Shown here piece after piece: positions 26,030 through 38,605 of a stretch of 64,000 nucleotides of DNA. The stretch is from Octopus sinensis. Its lineage: Eukaryota. The position numbers and the translations under genes are program-made. The stretch spans positions 113,646,001 to 113,710,000 of the forward strand of contig NC_043001.1 in the NCBI RefSeq assembly GCF_006345805.1, in the 5' to 3' direction. A model generated the notes under the pieces. The model saw nothing but the letters and a program-made list of their open reading frames with translations, did not search any database and was not told the origin of the DNA. Every line of letters starts with the position of its first letter. Positions within the stretch are counted from its first letter, which is position 1.

Positions 26030-26480
26030 TAGCAGCTGGCGGAATCATTAGCACGCCAAACAAAATGCATCGTGGTATTTCCTCCGTCGAGCTGGCAGAA
26101 ACGTTAACACGCCGGGCGAAATGCTTAGCGGTATTTCGTCTGCGTTACGTTATGAGTTCAAATACCGCCGAGGTCGACTTTGCCTTTCATCCTTTCGGGG
26201 TCGATAAATTAAGTACCAGTTACGCACTGGGGTCGATGTAATCGACTTAATACCTATGTCTGTCCTTGTTTGTCCCCTCTGTGTTTAGCCCCTTGTGGGT
26301 AATAAAGAAATAGGTATTTCCTCCGTCTTTACGTTTTGAGTTGAAATGTTGCCGAGGTCGATTTTAGCTTCCATCCTTTCGGAGTCGATGAAATAAGTAC
26401 CAGTTGAGCATTGGGATCGATGTAATCGAGTAGTTCTTCCCCACAAATTTCAGGCCTTGTCCGTACAGTTAAAAGATCAT
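26030..26480 (+). mobile_element. Young SINE B (26089-26312) nested inside an older SINE B relative
   Basis: TSD GGTATTTCCTCCGTC at 26074-26088 and 26313-26327; the host copy is continuous on both sides. Confidence 0.9.
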
Positions 26481-27300
26481 CAGAAGAGCTTTGATTTCTT
26501 ATGAATAGAGTTTGAAACTCAAAATTTTCACTCGGTCTGAAGAAGGTGCAAATCACCAGAATTTATAGCTTCGTTCTAGGAAACCAAAATACACGATCTC
26601 TGGAAGGATTTACAAATTTTCCCTGTGCAAGTAATCGAATGTATTCAGGGGACGCAAATAATTTTTTTCTTTCCTTGCAGATCCCCGGCCGTTTTAGAAT
26701 TTTAGTGCTTGGCTGTTTATATATCTTCGAGTGCAGCTATGATAATAGATACAAATGCAAACACGTAGCCTAGACGTAAGATTGGTAAGACTCTCAGATC
26801 CATATACAAGTTTCCTCCCTCAGTTTTAGAGATATTCACTGCACGTATGTATGTATGTATGTATGTATGTATGTATGTATGTATGTATGTATGTATGTAT
26901 GTATGTATGTATGTGTGTATGTATGTATGTATGTATGTGTGTATGTATGTATGTGACTGTTTGGTAATAACTCTGTATGTATGTATGTACGTGTGTGTGT
27001 ATGTGTGCGCGCGCGTTTCTCTGTGTGTGTGTGAGTGTGTGTGTGATTATTCAGTTTTATTTTAATATTGCCAACCGGGAAAGAGCCGGTTTTTAACCTA
27101 AATCCAAGGCTCCTTCAATGGAATTTCAATAACAACAACGGAGTATTTTCGCTTGTGCGTATGTATTTGTACAGATATGTGTGTTTTGTCTTAAGTATGT
27201 ATTCTCATACATACTTAATATGTATGTCTTAATATGCTCATATATGTCTAAATGATAAACTCCTGTGTGTACGAACGTACGTACGTCGTATGTATGTATG

Positions 27301-27332
<32 letters not shown>

Positions 27333-29489
27333 TGCATCCATGCATGCAGGTATACATGTTATAGGATTAAAAGTCATGTACATACGTTAGTATATGTATA
27401 GAACTGTGAAGAACTGAAATGCAATCGTTGGATATATCTATGTATATCTAGAATCCATAAGTGAGTTAACAAATATATTAGTGATTTGTGTAATGGCCCA
27501 AATCTTTGCTTATATCTATAGACAATGTATTTAATTTTCTTTTTGCGTGTATAACTATGTAGCGTTAAAAATAAGACCGAAGTAACCATAGATTAAATAG
27601 CTTGTGGCTCTCGTGAAAAGGGAAACAGTGAAATGAAATAATGGCCTGCAGAAGTGAAAAAGAAGTCATCAAGTGTTAAAAAAAGCATATTTGTAAGTTT
27701 CCTAATTAACAGGACACATTAAAAGCGTATAACATTTATTCTTCCAGTTTATTGGCGGATTATATCTTTCTTTAATATAATATTTATACTTAATGAAATA
27801 ATAGCCTGAAGAATGTGAAAAATATATTAAGAGGTTCCCCAAATTATCGGGATATTCGCAACATAAACATTACTTGCTCCTCGTGCTTATTTCCAGATTT
27901 CTATGTCTAACTAGTTCCATGTATGTGCCCATGTCTAAAAGAAACTCTATGCCAGACAGTATTTTTCAACATACTGTGATTCAGCTGAACAATGGCCGTC
28001 TCTTAGAAGTCATCTTGAAGTGTTTTCTACCGTTTTATTTTATAAAGCTTAGTGTGTAATTTGAGGGAGATTTTATCACACCTTCTTGTAGCTCCATCGA
28101 CCAAGCCGGTATCAGGGTCTGGGGCTGTATTTAGTTATCACTGTTCACTAGTTACAGAAATATCAAATCCATATATTTTGGACAATATTATCGTGTCTCC
28201 TTCCTTTATTTATAGAGTAGAACGTATGATTTGGGGAAGTTTGTGGTATTTCGAGAATACGAAGAGACCCAGTTGACCATTTTACATTTATTTCGAGGAA
28301 GTTAAAATTATATTGCGTATGTCATTAATTTGGATACGTTTGTAGGTCGTGAGGTAGTTGGGGAATCTGATATATCGGGAGTGACTCTTACACTGAGATA
28401 ACATATTTAACAATGGAGCTTTGCGTATTTGTTCAGACTATCTGCACAAAAGGGGTCAACTAAACAGATCAGCTCTGCTTTTTCTCCTTTTCGGGGTCTA
28501 TGAATATGTATCAATCTATGAAGATTGATTAGCGGAACTATAAAAACATTGGAAAGGGTAACTTCCGATATTTGTTCGGTTGCTTGGATTCTGATATCAA
28601 ATCTCGCTATGGTTACATGGATAGTAAATATAATCCATCACTTGGTGTAACACCACTACCGTGCTCTTAGCAGGGGCATTTCTGCTGCAAAAGGTCGCGC
28701 CAAATGTGCGGCTTGTGGGCATCTTTCCTCTCAAATCCTAACTGTTTTGGAGATTCTATAAAAGTTCATAGGTATTGCTTTCGATCCCGATTAACAAATT
28801 AACAAATTACTGTTGCAATGAGAATATATAAGGACCATATCAGTTTAAGAATGTCCGATTCCTCGCCGATCACTCAGTTATTCAGTATTTCATGGTCATG
28901 TTTGCACACTGAACGATAATTCTCCTCCAATATTTTCAAAACTGTTATAGATAATGTATTACATGAAAATACAATAAATCATTTTTCATAATGTTCTGTA
29001 GTGATGCAGAGAGAGGCCAATGGAAAGGAGAAAGCAGTGATGAATCATACCTTAGTCTCTGTTCATATGAGTGTATAGGTGGATATCAGTAGGATGTGAT
29101 AAAGTTCAGTATGTGGGAGATGGAACCATGGAGACTGCTCTGGTCAAATATTCACAGGAGGTTGTGAGGAGGGAGAGGAAAGTACTCTTAGTAAGTCAGT
29201 GGTCAGAATGAAATAGAAGAAATTAAATGCCATTTTTAAACATAGTTCGAATTTGTATTATACATTTATATCCAGTTGCATATTCATCCTACCTTCGGTC
29301 ACGACGTGTTGTAGTTTCATTCTGTGAGGTTTTAACATGAAGGAAAAAGTGTCATGAAAGATATTTCAGCTTTATAGTAGTTAGTTCTACGTACAAATTA
29401 TGCAAGAAGTGCTAGGATTCAAAATGACACTGAAAATGATAATCTCTTCTGAGAATTTAAACTGAATTTTAGAACATATATATATATAC

Positions 29490-29835
29490 ACAATTGCAGC
29501 ATGGAAGGTGTTTATAAGCCATTTAAGAAACACACAAAAACCGTTAGATTCACTTCAACATTTACATTTAATTTGGCAAAATATTTCGTCGCTTTGAGAC
29601 CGTGACCTGTTCACTGACAAAACTCTGTGCTGCATCTCAAAATTTTGTCAGTGAACAGGTCACGGTCTCAAAGCGTCGAAAATATTTTGACAAATGAAAT
29701 TTAAATGTTGAAGTGAACCTAACGGTTTTTGCGTGTTTCTTAAATGGCTTATAAACACCTTCCACGCTGCAATTGTTTTCGTTCTAGCACACGATCTCAG
29801 ATCAATTCACTTGCTATGCAAGTACATCTCCGTAA
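29490..29835. mobile_element. Inverted pair of Penelope-type terminal repeats inserted in (TA)n
   Basis: 29490-29622 is the reverse complement of about 29643-29776. A third copy lies at 18951-19158. Confidence 0.85.
29644..29694 (+). ncRNA. Minimal type I hammerhead-like fold with G3:C8 core variant
   Basis: TTTGTCA-GTGAACA-G-GTCAC(ggtctcaaa)GCGTC-GAAA-ATAT-T-T-TGACAAA. Perfect 7-bp stem I and palindromic loop 3; stem II is GTCGC/GCGAC in the 19.1-kb copy. Confidence 0.55.
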
Positions 29836-30099
29836 TATGTATATATATATAAATATATATAAATATGTATTATTACCGTTATTAATGATATTTATAAGGT
29901 AATAATAAGGTGGCCCGTAATTTCACACCATTATAAGCACAATATATGGCAAATTTAGATACAGTAGGATATATATTTCTGATATGTTATTACATTGCTC
30001 TTGTGTATCTTCATTGTGAATTTCTGGTGGTTTTCATGCCTTGCTTCTGAATTTAGCAAGTGGTATTTTATACCCTGTTGTATGTAAATGTGCCTTATA

Positions 30100-30156
<57 letters not shown>

Positions 30157-30196
30157 GTATGTATATATTATGTATGTATGCATGTGTGCCTGTATG

Positions 30197-30233
<37 letters not shown>

Positions 30234-30900
30234 CAGTGTGTGTGTTAATTGAAAGATCATTCAATATATTTAAGTAGTGTACCACATCTATTTTTACAAG
30301 TCTAAGCTTAACATTAACTTCGAAATATCGTCGGTCGTTGACTTTACCAGGATGAATGATATTTTATTGAAGATAACGACTAGTGGAGCCTCGAAGAGAC
30401 TGTCAACCTTTCCTGGAATGTATTATGATATATATGTGTGTCTCTGTATATCTGTGTCTGTGTATGTGTGTGTCTGTACATGTGTGTGTGTATGCTCGTG
30501 TGTCTGTGTCTAAGTGTGTGTATGCATGTGTGCGTTTGTATGTGTGTAATGAATGTAAACTTGTACACAATTAGCAATGCTGGGTTTGTTAAGAAGCTCG
30601 TATGAAATTTCGGGTTCGATACCCGCATGTGATATCTAGGGCGTACGTCTGCTAACAATAGCATCAGGTTGATTTAAGTATTGGTGAGTGAACCTGTGCA
30701 AAAGGGAAAAAAAAAGCATGGAAACCCATCCACCAGATTGTATCTTTAAGTCAATTTCCAGGCCTTATCAGAATCTGTTGTACACATTTTGATCGATGAT
30801 TGAATGTTAAACCACTGTAAATTTTGCAAATCTCAGTAAATTTTGTAATTAGTCAGCAAGTATGCAGTCCACTTAATAATATAAAAATGGAATACTCAGA

Positions 30901-31326
30901 TAGGCGCAGGAGTGGCTGTGTGGCAAGTAGCTTGTTTACCAACCACATGGTTCCGGGTTCAGTCCCACTGCGTGGCATGGCACCCTGGGCAAGTGTCTTC
31001 TACTATAGCCTCGGGCCGACAAAAGCCTTGTGAGTGGATTTGGTAGACAGAAACTGAAAGAAGCCCGTTGTATATATGTACATATATATATGCGTGCGTG
31101 TGTTTGTGTGTCTGTGTTTGTCCCCCTAGCATTCCTTGACAACCGATGATGGTGTGTTTACGTCCCCGTTACTTAGCGGTTCGGCAAAAGAGACCGATAG
31201 AATAAGTACTGGGCTTACGAAAGAATAAGTCCCCGGGTCGAGTTGCTCGATTAAAAGGCGGTGCTCCAGCATGGCCGCAGTCAAATGACTGAAACAAGCA
31301 AAAGAGTAAAAGAGTAAAAGAGAGTA
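30901..31326 (+). mobile_element. SINE family A, full length
   Basis: Family match. Confidence 0.92.
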
Positions 31327-31389
31327 TCGAATAAACCGACAGATGATCTATTTACTATTCACATCAATGTATACATCTCATAATGTTTA

Positions 31390-33794
31390 CAACATCTTCC
31401 CGGTTCGGCCAGGCCCTTCTTGACGTGGCTGAAGATTGTTTTCTCTCGCAACATGTTGAATATCCGACAAGGCATCGGTCTGGGCAGCAGCCATCTATGC
31501 TAGATCTGGTATTCTCCCGCTATCCAAGATCAGTGTCAGACGTATCTGTGTGCGCCCCTCTTGCCAAGAGTGATCATGCGGTCCTGAAGTTCGTCATGCA
31601 CACAACTTTTTCCACGCCCACGATTACTTCGCTGCCACGTAGAGTCTTCTCTGCAATTAATCTTGAATTCTAACGAGGCTTCCGCGCTTCTGGACTGGCG
31701 TTCCCTGATGAAGTTGTCCTCAGTTGACGAACTATGGTCATCCCTCAAAGCATATGTAATCTGTTTGACTGACCAGGCAGTTCCCGTTGGACTTCCCAAG
31801 AGGAAGAAACACAAGCCCCTGGGTGACGAAGAAGGTTAAACGAGAACGTCGACTCAGAGATATTGCTTGGGCTGAATTCAAAAATCTGGATTCGACAGCA
31901 GCTTTTGAGGTGTACAAAACTCAACGAGACCGAGCCGTGAAAATTGAAAAGAAAGAACGCTTCAGTTATGAATACAAAATGCGGCAAATGCCAGTAGCAA
32001 TCCAAAAACCTTCTTTGCCCATGTCCAGCGGAATTCCCGCTTGAACAACCAGATTGCAACGTTGGTAGACTCAACAGGCGTATTGATTGAGGACCCTTAT
32101 CAACAGAGTCAATTATTTGCCGAGGCTTTTTCAACTATTTTCAAACAAGATGATGGTCGTGAACCCCCTCCATTTGATATATCGGTACCTCCAATGCTTC
32201 GATTGATCATCACGCGGGACCAAGTCAAACGTGGTATTCAAGGCCTCGATGTCAACAAGGGTCACGGCCCTGACGGCATACACCCACGGGTTATCAAAGC
32301 GTTGGCTCCGGTCATCTGCGAGCCCTTAACACGTCTATTCAATATGTCATTGGCGACGGGTGTTATACCTGCAGACTGGAGAACAGCGATAATCTGCCCA
32401 ATCTTCAAGAAAGGGAGCCGCGAAGACCCGCTTAACTACCGACCGGTTTCCCTTACATCAATAATCAGCAAGATGTTCGAAACCATCCTTAAGAAAAGTA
32501 TGATGCTCCACCTCCTAAACACAGCCTCGATCACTGATTCCCAACACGGCTTCGTGCCGAAGAGATCATGCTTGACCAACTTACTAGTAATGGAAGAATT
32601 AGTGACGCGCATCCTCGATGATAGTGATGCTGTTGACATCGTTTTATTGGACTTTGCCAAAGCTTTTGACTCGGTAAACCACCGCCTACTACTTGTCAAG
32701 CTTCAAGCATATAGATTCCATCCGGATATTGTACGATGGGTTGGTGCCTTCCTCTCAGATCGCTCCTTCCAAGTTCAAGTTAATGGTTCGCGGTCCGACG
32801 TCTCCAGTGCGAGCAGTGGCGTGCCTCAAGGTTCAGTGCTTGGGCCCTTGTTGTTCTTAGTCTTCATAAATGACTTGCCCGACGACCTCACGCAACACAC
32901 CCTTCTATTTGCCGACGATATCAAACTGGTCGCTCCTCGCGGTGATATAGAGGATCTTCGTCGATGCCTCCACCAAATTTGGAAGTGGTCTAACGATTGG
33001 GACCTGTGTCTGAACGTGTCAAAGTGCTGTCATCTGCCTGTCGGCTCTACTCCTGCAACCCAACTTGATTTCGAGCCGGGTCGTCTGCTGCTGGAGAGGA
33101 CCGATCAGGTAAAGGACCTGGGTATCTTGGTGGATTCCTCCTTTTCGCATTCGACCCAGTGCGTCCATGCCGCCAACAAAGCGCGCGGAATTCTGTTTTT
33201 GATTCGACGGTCATTCGGAATGTTCACAGCAGCCATATTCCTGCCACTCTATGTCACGCTGGTGAGACCCATATTGGAGTATGGGATTCAAGCCTCTTCT
33301 CCTTATCTCCTCAAAGACATACAGCACATCGAAAGAGTCCAGAGGCTGGCTACCCGCATGGTTCATGGTCTCAAAAATTTGTCCTACGAAGAAAGGCTGA
33401 GGACGCTCGACCTTTATTCTCTTGAAAAACGCCGCCGCCGTGGTGATCTCATTCTCGCCCACAACATCATAAGCGGAAAGTGTAACCTCTCGAAAGAGCT
33501 GTTCTTCACTCCTGCTCCAGAGCGTCGGCTGCGGGGTCATTCCGAAAAGCTCTACCTGCGACGATTTCATCTCAATCAAAGGAGAGGAGCTTTCTCCGTC
33601 CGGGTTGCGGATCCGTGGGACAAGCTGCCAGATGAGATGGTGAAGATGCCGACGACCGTTTTGTTCAAAGCCTCCCTGGACCTCGAGTGGCCTGAACTCT
33701 TTACATGAACACCACCCTGTACTTAACTCCATGTCCCCCTACATGGCCTTGCTTTTTGCTTTTGAGCCAAATTAACTAACTAACTAACTAACTA
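31390..33794 (+). mobile_element. 5'-truncated CR1-clade LINE (APE C-terminus + RT), (TAAC)n tail
   Basis: APE end (QHVEYPTR..LDLVFS..PLAKSDH), linker PWVT, RT ORF, 3' hairpin and TAAC repeats. Frameshifts near 31670, 31818 and 31980. Confidence 0.93.
32041..33708 (+). CDS. LINE ORF2 reverse transcriptase domain (open remainder of a truncated ORF2)
   Basis: GPDGIHP, PIFKKG..NYRPVSLTS, QHGF, LDFAKAFDSV, GVPQGSVLGPLLF, FADD, KDLGI, YVTLVRPILEY. Confidence 0.9.
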   Translation: MNNQIATLVDSTGVLIEDPYQQSQLFAEAFSTIFKQDDGREPPPFDISVPPMLRLIITRDQVKRGIQGLDVNKGHGPDGIHPRVIKALAPVICEPLTRLFNMSLATGVIPADWRTAIICPIFKKGSREDPLNYRPVSLTSIISKMFETILKKSMMLHLLNTASITDSQHGFVPKRSCLTNLLVMEELVTRILDDSDAVDIVLLDFAKAFDSVNHRLLLVKLQAYRFHPDIVRWVGAFLSDRSFQVQVNGSRSDVSSASSGVPQGSVLGPLLFLVFINDLPDDLTQHTLLFADDIKLVAPRGDIEDLRRCLHQIWKWSNDWDLCLNVSKCCHLPVGSTPATQLDFEPGRLLLERTDQVKDLGILVDSSFSHSTQCVHAANKARGILFLIRRSFGMFTAAIFLPLYVTLVRPILEYGIQASSPYLLKDIQHIERVQRLATRMVHGLKNLSYEERLRTLDLYSLEKRRRRGDLILAHNIISGKCNLSKELFFTPAPERRLRGHSEKLYLRRFHLNQRRGAFSVRVADPWDKLPDEMVKMPTTVLFKASLDLEWPELFT

Positions 33795-33977
33795 CAAATT
33801 ATGTATAATGCATTATATACTTGCGTAGACATCACATGCATATGCAGAATCAGTCAAGATTTCCACACATACATTACATGGATACCTGGTGTGCCACTAT
33901 GAATGTAGTTATATGGCCATGAGATTTTATGCGAGTCCAAATGAACATGTTCTTACGTATAAACATATATAATGTTG

Positions 33978-34356
33978 GGAGGCGCAATGGCCCAGTGGTT
34001 AGGGCAGCGGACTCGCGGTCGTAGGATCGCGGTTTCGATTCCCAGACCGGGCATTGTGAGTGTTTATTGAGCGAAAACACCTAAAGCTCCACGAGGCTCC
34101 GGCAGGGATGGTGGTGATCCCTGCTGTACTCTTTCACCACAACTTTCTCTCACTCTTACTTCCTGTTTCGGTTGTACCTGTATTTCAAGGGGCCGGCCTT
34201 GACTCTCTGTGTCACGCTGAATATCCCCGAGAACTACGTTAAGGGTACACGTGTCTGTGGAGTGCTCAGCCACTTACACGTTAATTTCACGAGCAGGCTG
34301 TTCCGTTGATTCGGATCAACCGGAACCCTCATCGTCGTAACCGACGGAGTGCTTCC
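33978..34356 (+). mobile_element. SINE family C, full length, flanked by a 94-bp direct repeat
   Basis: 33884-33977 equals 34357-34450 apart from two substitutions. Confidence 0.93.
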
Positions 34357-35278
34357 ACCTGTTGTGCCACTATGAATGTAGTTATATGGCCATGAGATTT
34401 TATGTGAGTCCAAATGAACATGTTCTTACGTATAAACATATATAATGTTGACGTTTATCTGTGCCTCCCCGTTCTCAGTGGACTTTTTGACTCTCTGTCG
34501 TTGATCTCTCAGACAATTATTCAGTCTCAATGCATATATGTATCGTTTGAAGCATAGGTTGCTGAAAAAAGTTGTAACTTCTACTAGACTGATCAGATCA
34601 TTTTGTGAGATATGATCTCAATATTTTTCTGAAATATCTATAAGGATACAGAAGGCAAGTAATTCTTTCAGGGTTCTTGTCTGCTTGAACATGGCATCGC
34701 AAGGCGAAAAAATTTGCTGTGCACTATGCATGCGTGCTGACGTCGTCCTATAATCAAGTAAGACATGGACCCTTTATAGATATCATGGAAGGGACTTTGG
34801 ACACTTCCATCAGAAATGTCTGAGGCACATTCTGAATGTTTGCTGATCCTTGTATGTATTTGTGCATGTGTGCACGTTCGTCTATACTAATGTTACGATA
34901 TTCTTCTTTCTTTTTCTTCTTTTGCTTCCATACAATTTTCAATCACTTTACTCTAAAATATATTCCGATTCACACATCATCCCTTACTTCCTAATACACT
35001 CACCATAAACTCTCTTATCTGTATGTTTCTATACTTTCTGAACTGTCACGTTTTCCCTTTATTTGTTGATTTCTCGAAGATATGATCCATATATATTGGG
35101 TAATAACGTTAATGTGATGTAAGAATTGTTGAAACAGGTTGGGGAATGAACACATTGGAATATCATAGCTGCTGTTATTTACTATTCTTTCAATGTACAT
35201 TGTTCTATTCAGTTGGTAAAGCCTATATTCGAATTAAATGGAACAACAATGCGTATATCGATGTATATATCCATACAT

Positions 35279-35667
35279 GCGCAGGAGTGGCATAGGCGCA
35301 GGAGTGGCATAGGTGCAGGAGTGGCTGTGTGGTAAGTAGCTTGCTAACCAACCACATGGTTCCGGGTTCAGTCTTCTGCTATAGCCCCGGGCCGACCAAT
35401 GCCTTGTGAGTGGATTTGGTAGACGGAAACTGAAAGAAGCCCGTCGTATATATGTATATATATGTATATATATGTGTGTGTGTATGTGTTTGTGTTTGTC
35501 CCCCTAGCATTGCTTGACAACCGATGCTGGTGTGTTTATGTCCCCGTCACTTAGCAGTTCGGCAAAAGAGATCGATAGAATAAGTACTGGGTTCGACTAA
35601 AGGCGGTGCTCCAGCATGGCCGCAGTCAAATGACTGAAACAAGTAAAAGAATAAAAGAGTAAGAGTA
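35279..35667 (+). mobile_element. SINE family A with triplicated 5' end and two internal deletions
   Basis: GCAGGAGTGGC occurs three times at 17-bp period. It lacks CCCACTGCGTGG..GGCAAGT and part of the 3' body. Confidence 0.9.
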
Positions 35668-35879
35668 TCCGTATTTAGAAGTTTAACGTAGTAAACAACA
35701 TTGATCCCTAATTTATTGGGTGTTCATTGTGCATGCAAAATAAAATATATATTACACACACACACACACATATATGTCAGAATGAATTATGTAAATTTTA
35801 TGTATGTGCGTACTTTCGTCTATACTGATGTTACTATATTCTTTCAATCTCTTCTCTAGTCTACTTGTAATTTTCAATC

Positions 35880-36202
35880 TTCCCAGACCGGGCGTTGTGA
35901 GTGTTTATTGAGCGAAAACACCTAAAAGCTCCACGAGGCTCCGGCAGGGATGGTGGTGATCCCTGCTGTACTCTTTCACTACAACTTTCTCTCACTCTTA
36001 CTTCCTGTTTCTGTTGTACCTGTATTTCAAAGGGCCGGCCTTGTCACTCTCTGTGTCATGCTGAATGTACCCGAGAACTACGTTAAGGGTACACGTGTCT
36101 GTGGAGTGCTCAGCCACTTACACGTTAATTTCACGAGCAGGCTGTTCCGTTGATTCGGATCAACCGGAACCCTCGTCGTCGTAACCGACGGAGTGCTTCC
36201 AT
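35880..36202 (+). mobile_element. SINE family C, 5'-truncated, about 17-bp TSD
   Basis: TSD ACT(T/C)GTAATTTTCAATC at 35863-35879 and 36204-36220. Confidence 0.9.
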
Positions 36203-36790
36203 CACTCGTAATTTTCAATCACATTCCTCTACAGTGCTAGTGAACCCTTTCTCTCGATACATTCCGCTTCTCCCATCATCCCTTATTTCCTAATACTTTC
36301 ACTACAGACTCTCTGATCTCTATATTTCTATACTCTCTGCACTGTCACGTTTTACCTCTGTCTCTTCATATCCCCAGTGCTTACATCATTCACCGATTTT
36401 ATTTGTCTGTTTATCGTTTCATTCATTGCTTCGTTCTGTTGTCTTCATGCGGTTCCTGGTTCTAATTTTATAACTGCACTTTTCGATTTCTATAAGTGAT
36501 TCTTTCATCCGAACTTTATTGCTTTCTTTTCATTTTCACATTTCATATTTTCTTGTCTTCTTTCTTTCGTTATTTCTTTTAATGTTTTATCAATTTTTTC
36601 AAAAAATTTGTTTACATAGTTTACTTGACTCTTTTCTGGCTTACATACTTTAATGCGCATTATTCTTTTATCCTGTATGCATGTCATTTAACTTACTGTA
36701 ATTGCTTCTTTCCTCTGTATGTGCCTCTTATTCCCTCTCTTCTTTGTTCTTGCACAGTGTGTATATAAATGTATGTGTGTGTGTATATAC

Positions 36791-36855
<65 letters not shown>

Positions 36856-36932
36856 CATATATGTATCTATACATATATACATATGTATATATATATACGT
36901 ATATATATATGTGTATATATATATATATACAT

Positions 36933-36968
<36 letters not shown>

Positions 36969-37649
36969 ACGTACATATATGTGCACATCTATGTGTGTGC
37001 GTGAGAGACAGAGAGAGGGTGTTTCGTGTGTGTATCTGTATATGCTCACTCAGACTCACTCTTAAACCCACACAGGTACGTACACACGTATGTATGTATG
37101 TATGTATGTATGTATGTATGTATGTATGTATATATATATGTGTGTATATATATATTTGTTTATATACGGGCAGTAATTGATGTACATATATGCATACACA
37201 ATCATACACATACACACATACACACACATATATATATACCAGTGTTAGTATGTATATGTGTATGGGTGTGTGTTGAGTGTATAGCTATTTGTATACATAC
37301 ATTCGTTGTTTGCCATGCATCTCCTTACCTCCCCCACATATACGTACATGCCGTCTACCAGCCAAAAGAAGGTAATGCCAGTTAAGTCAAACACCGGCAG
37401 AACTCCGGCTCACTTTTACACAGTGTACATGATAATGTAAAGCCCATCGGATCAAGTAGAGCTTTAGAGCAAAATCAACAGATTCCGCCGTTTCTTTACT
37501 AAGATTACTTTTTACTTGTTCTCTTAGTAAAATGTTGATCTTTATTCACTGACGCCTGCTCTACAACGACCAATACTTATTATATCAAGCGTGTTTGCAA
37601 TGGCTTCGCTCATACACTGACTATTCCTGTGATAACAAAGAAATCGTTT

Positions 37650-38430
<781 letters not shown>

Positions 38431-38550
38431 TTTTAAAATTTTTCTTTCCAATTCTTGCCAAATGTCTCCGCGAAACCTCAGGCAAAGAAACTCACTGTAT
38501 ACATTGGTAGACTATTAAAATATACACTATTCTTCTTCTTCTTCTTCTTC

Positions 38551-38604
<54 letters not shown>

Positions 38605-38605
<1 letters not shown>

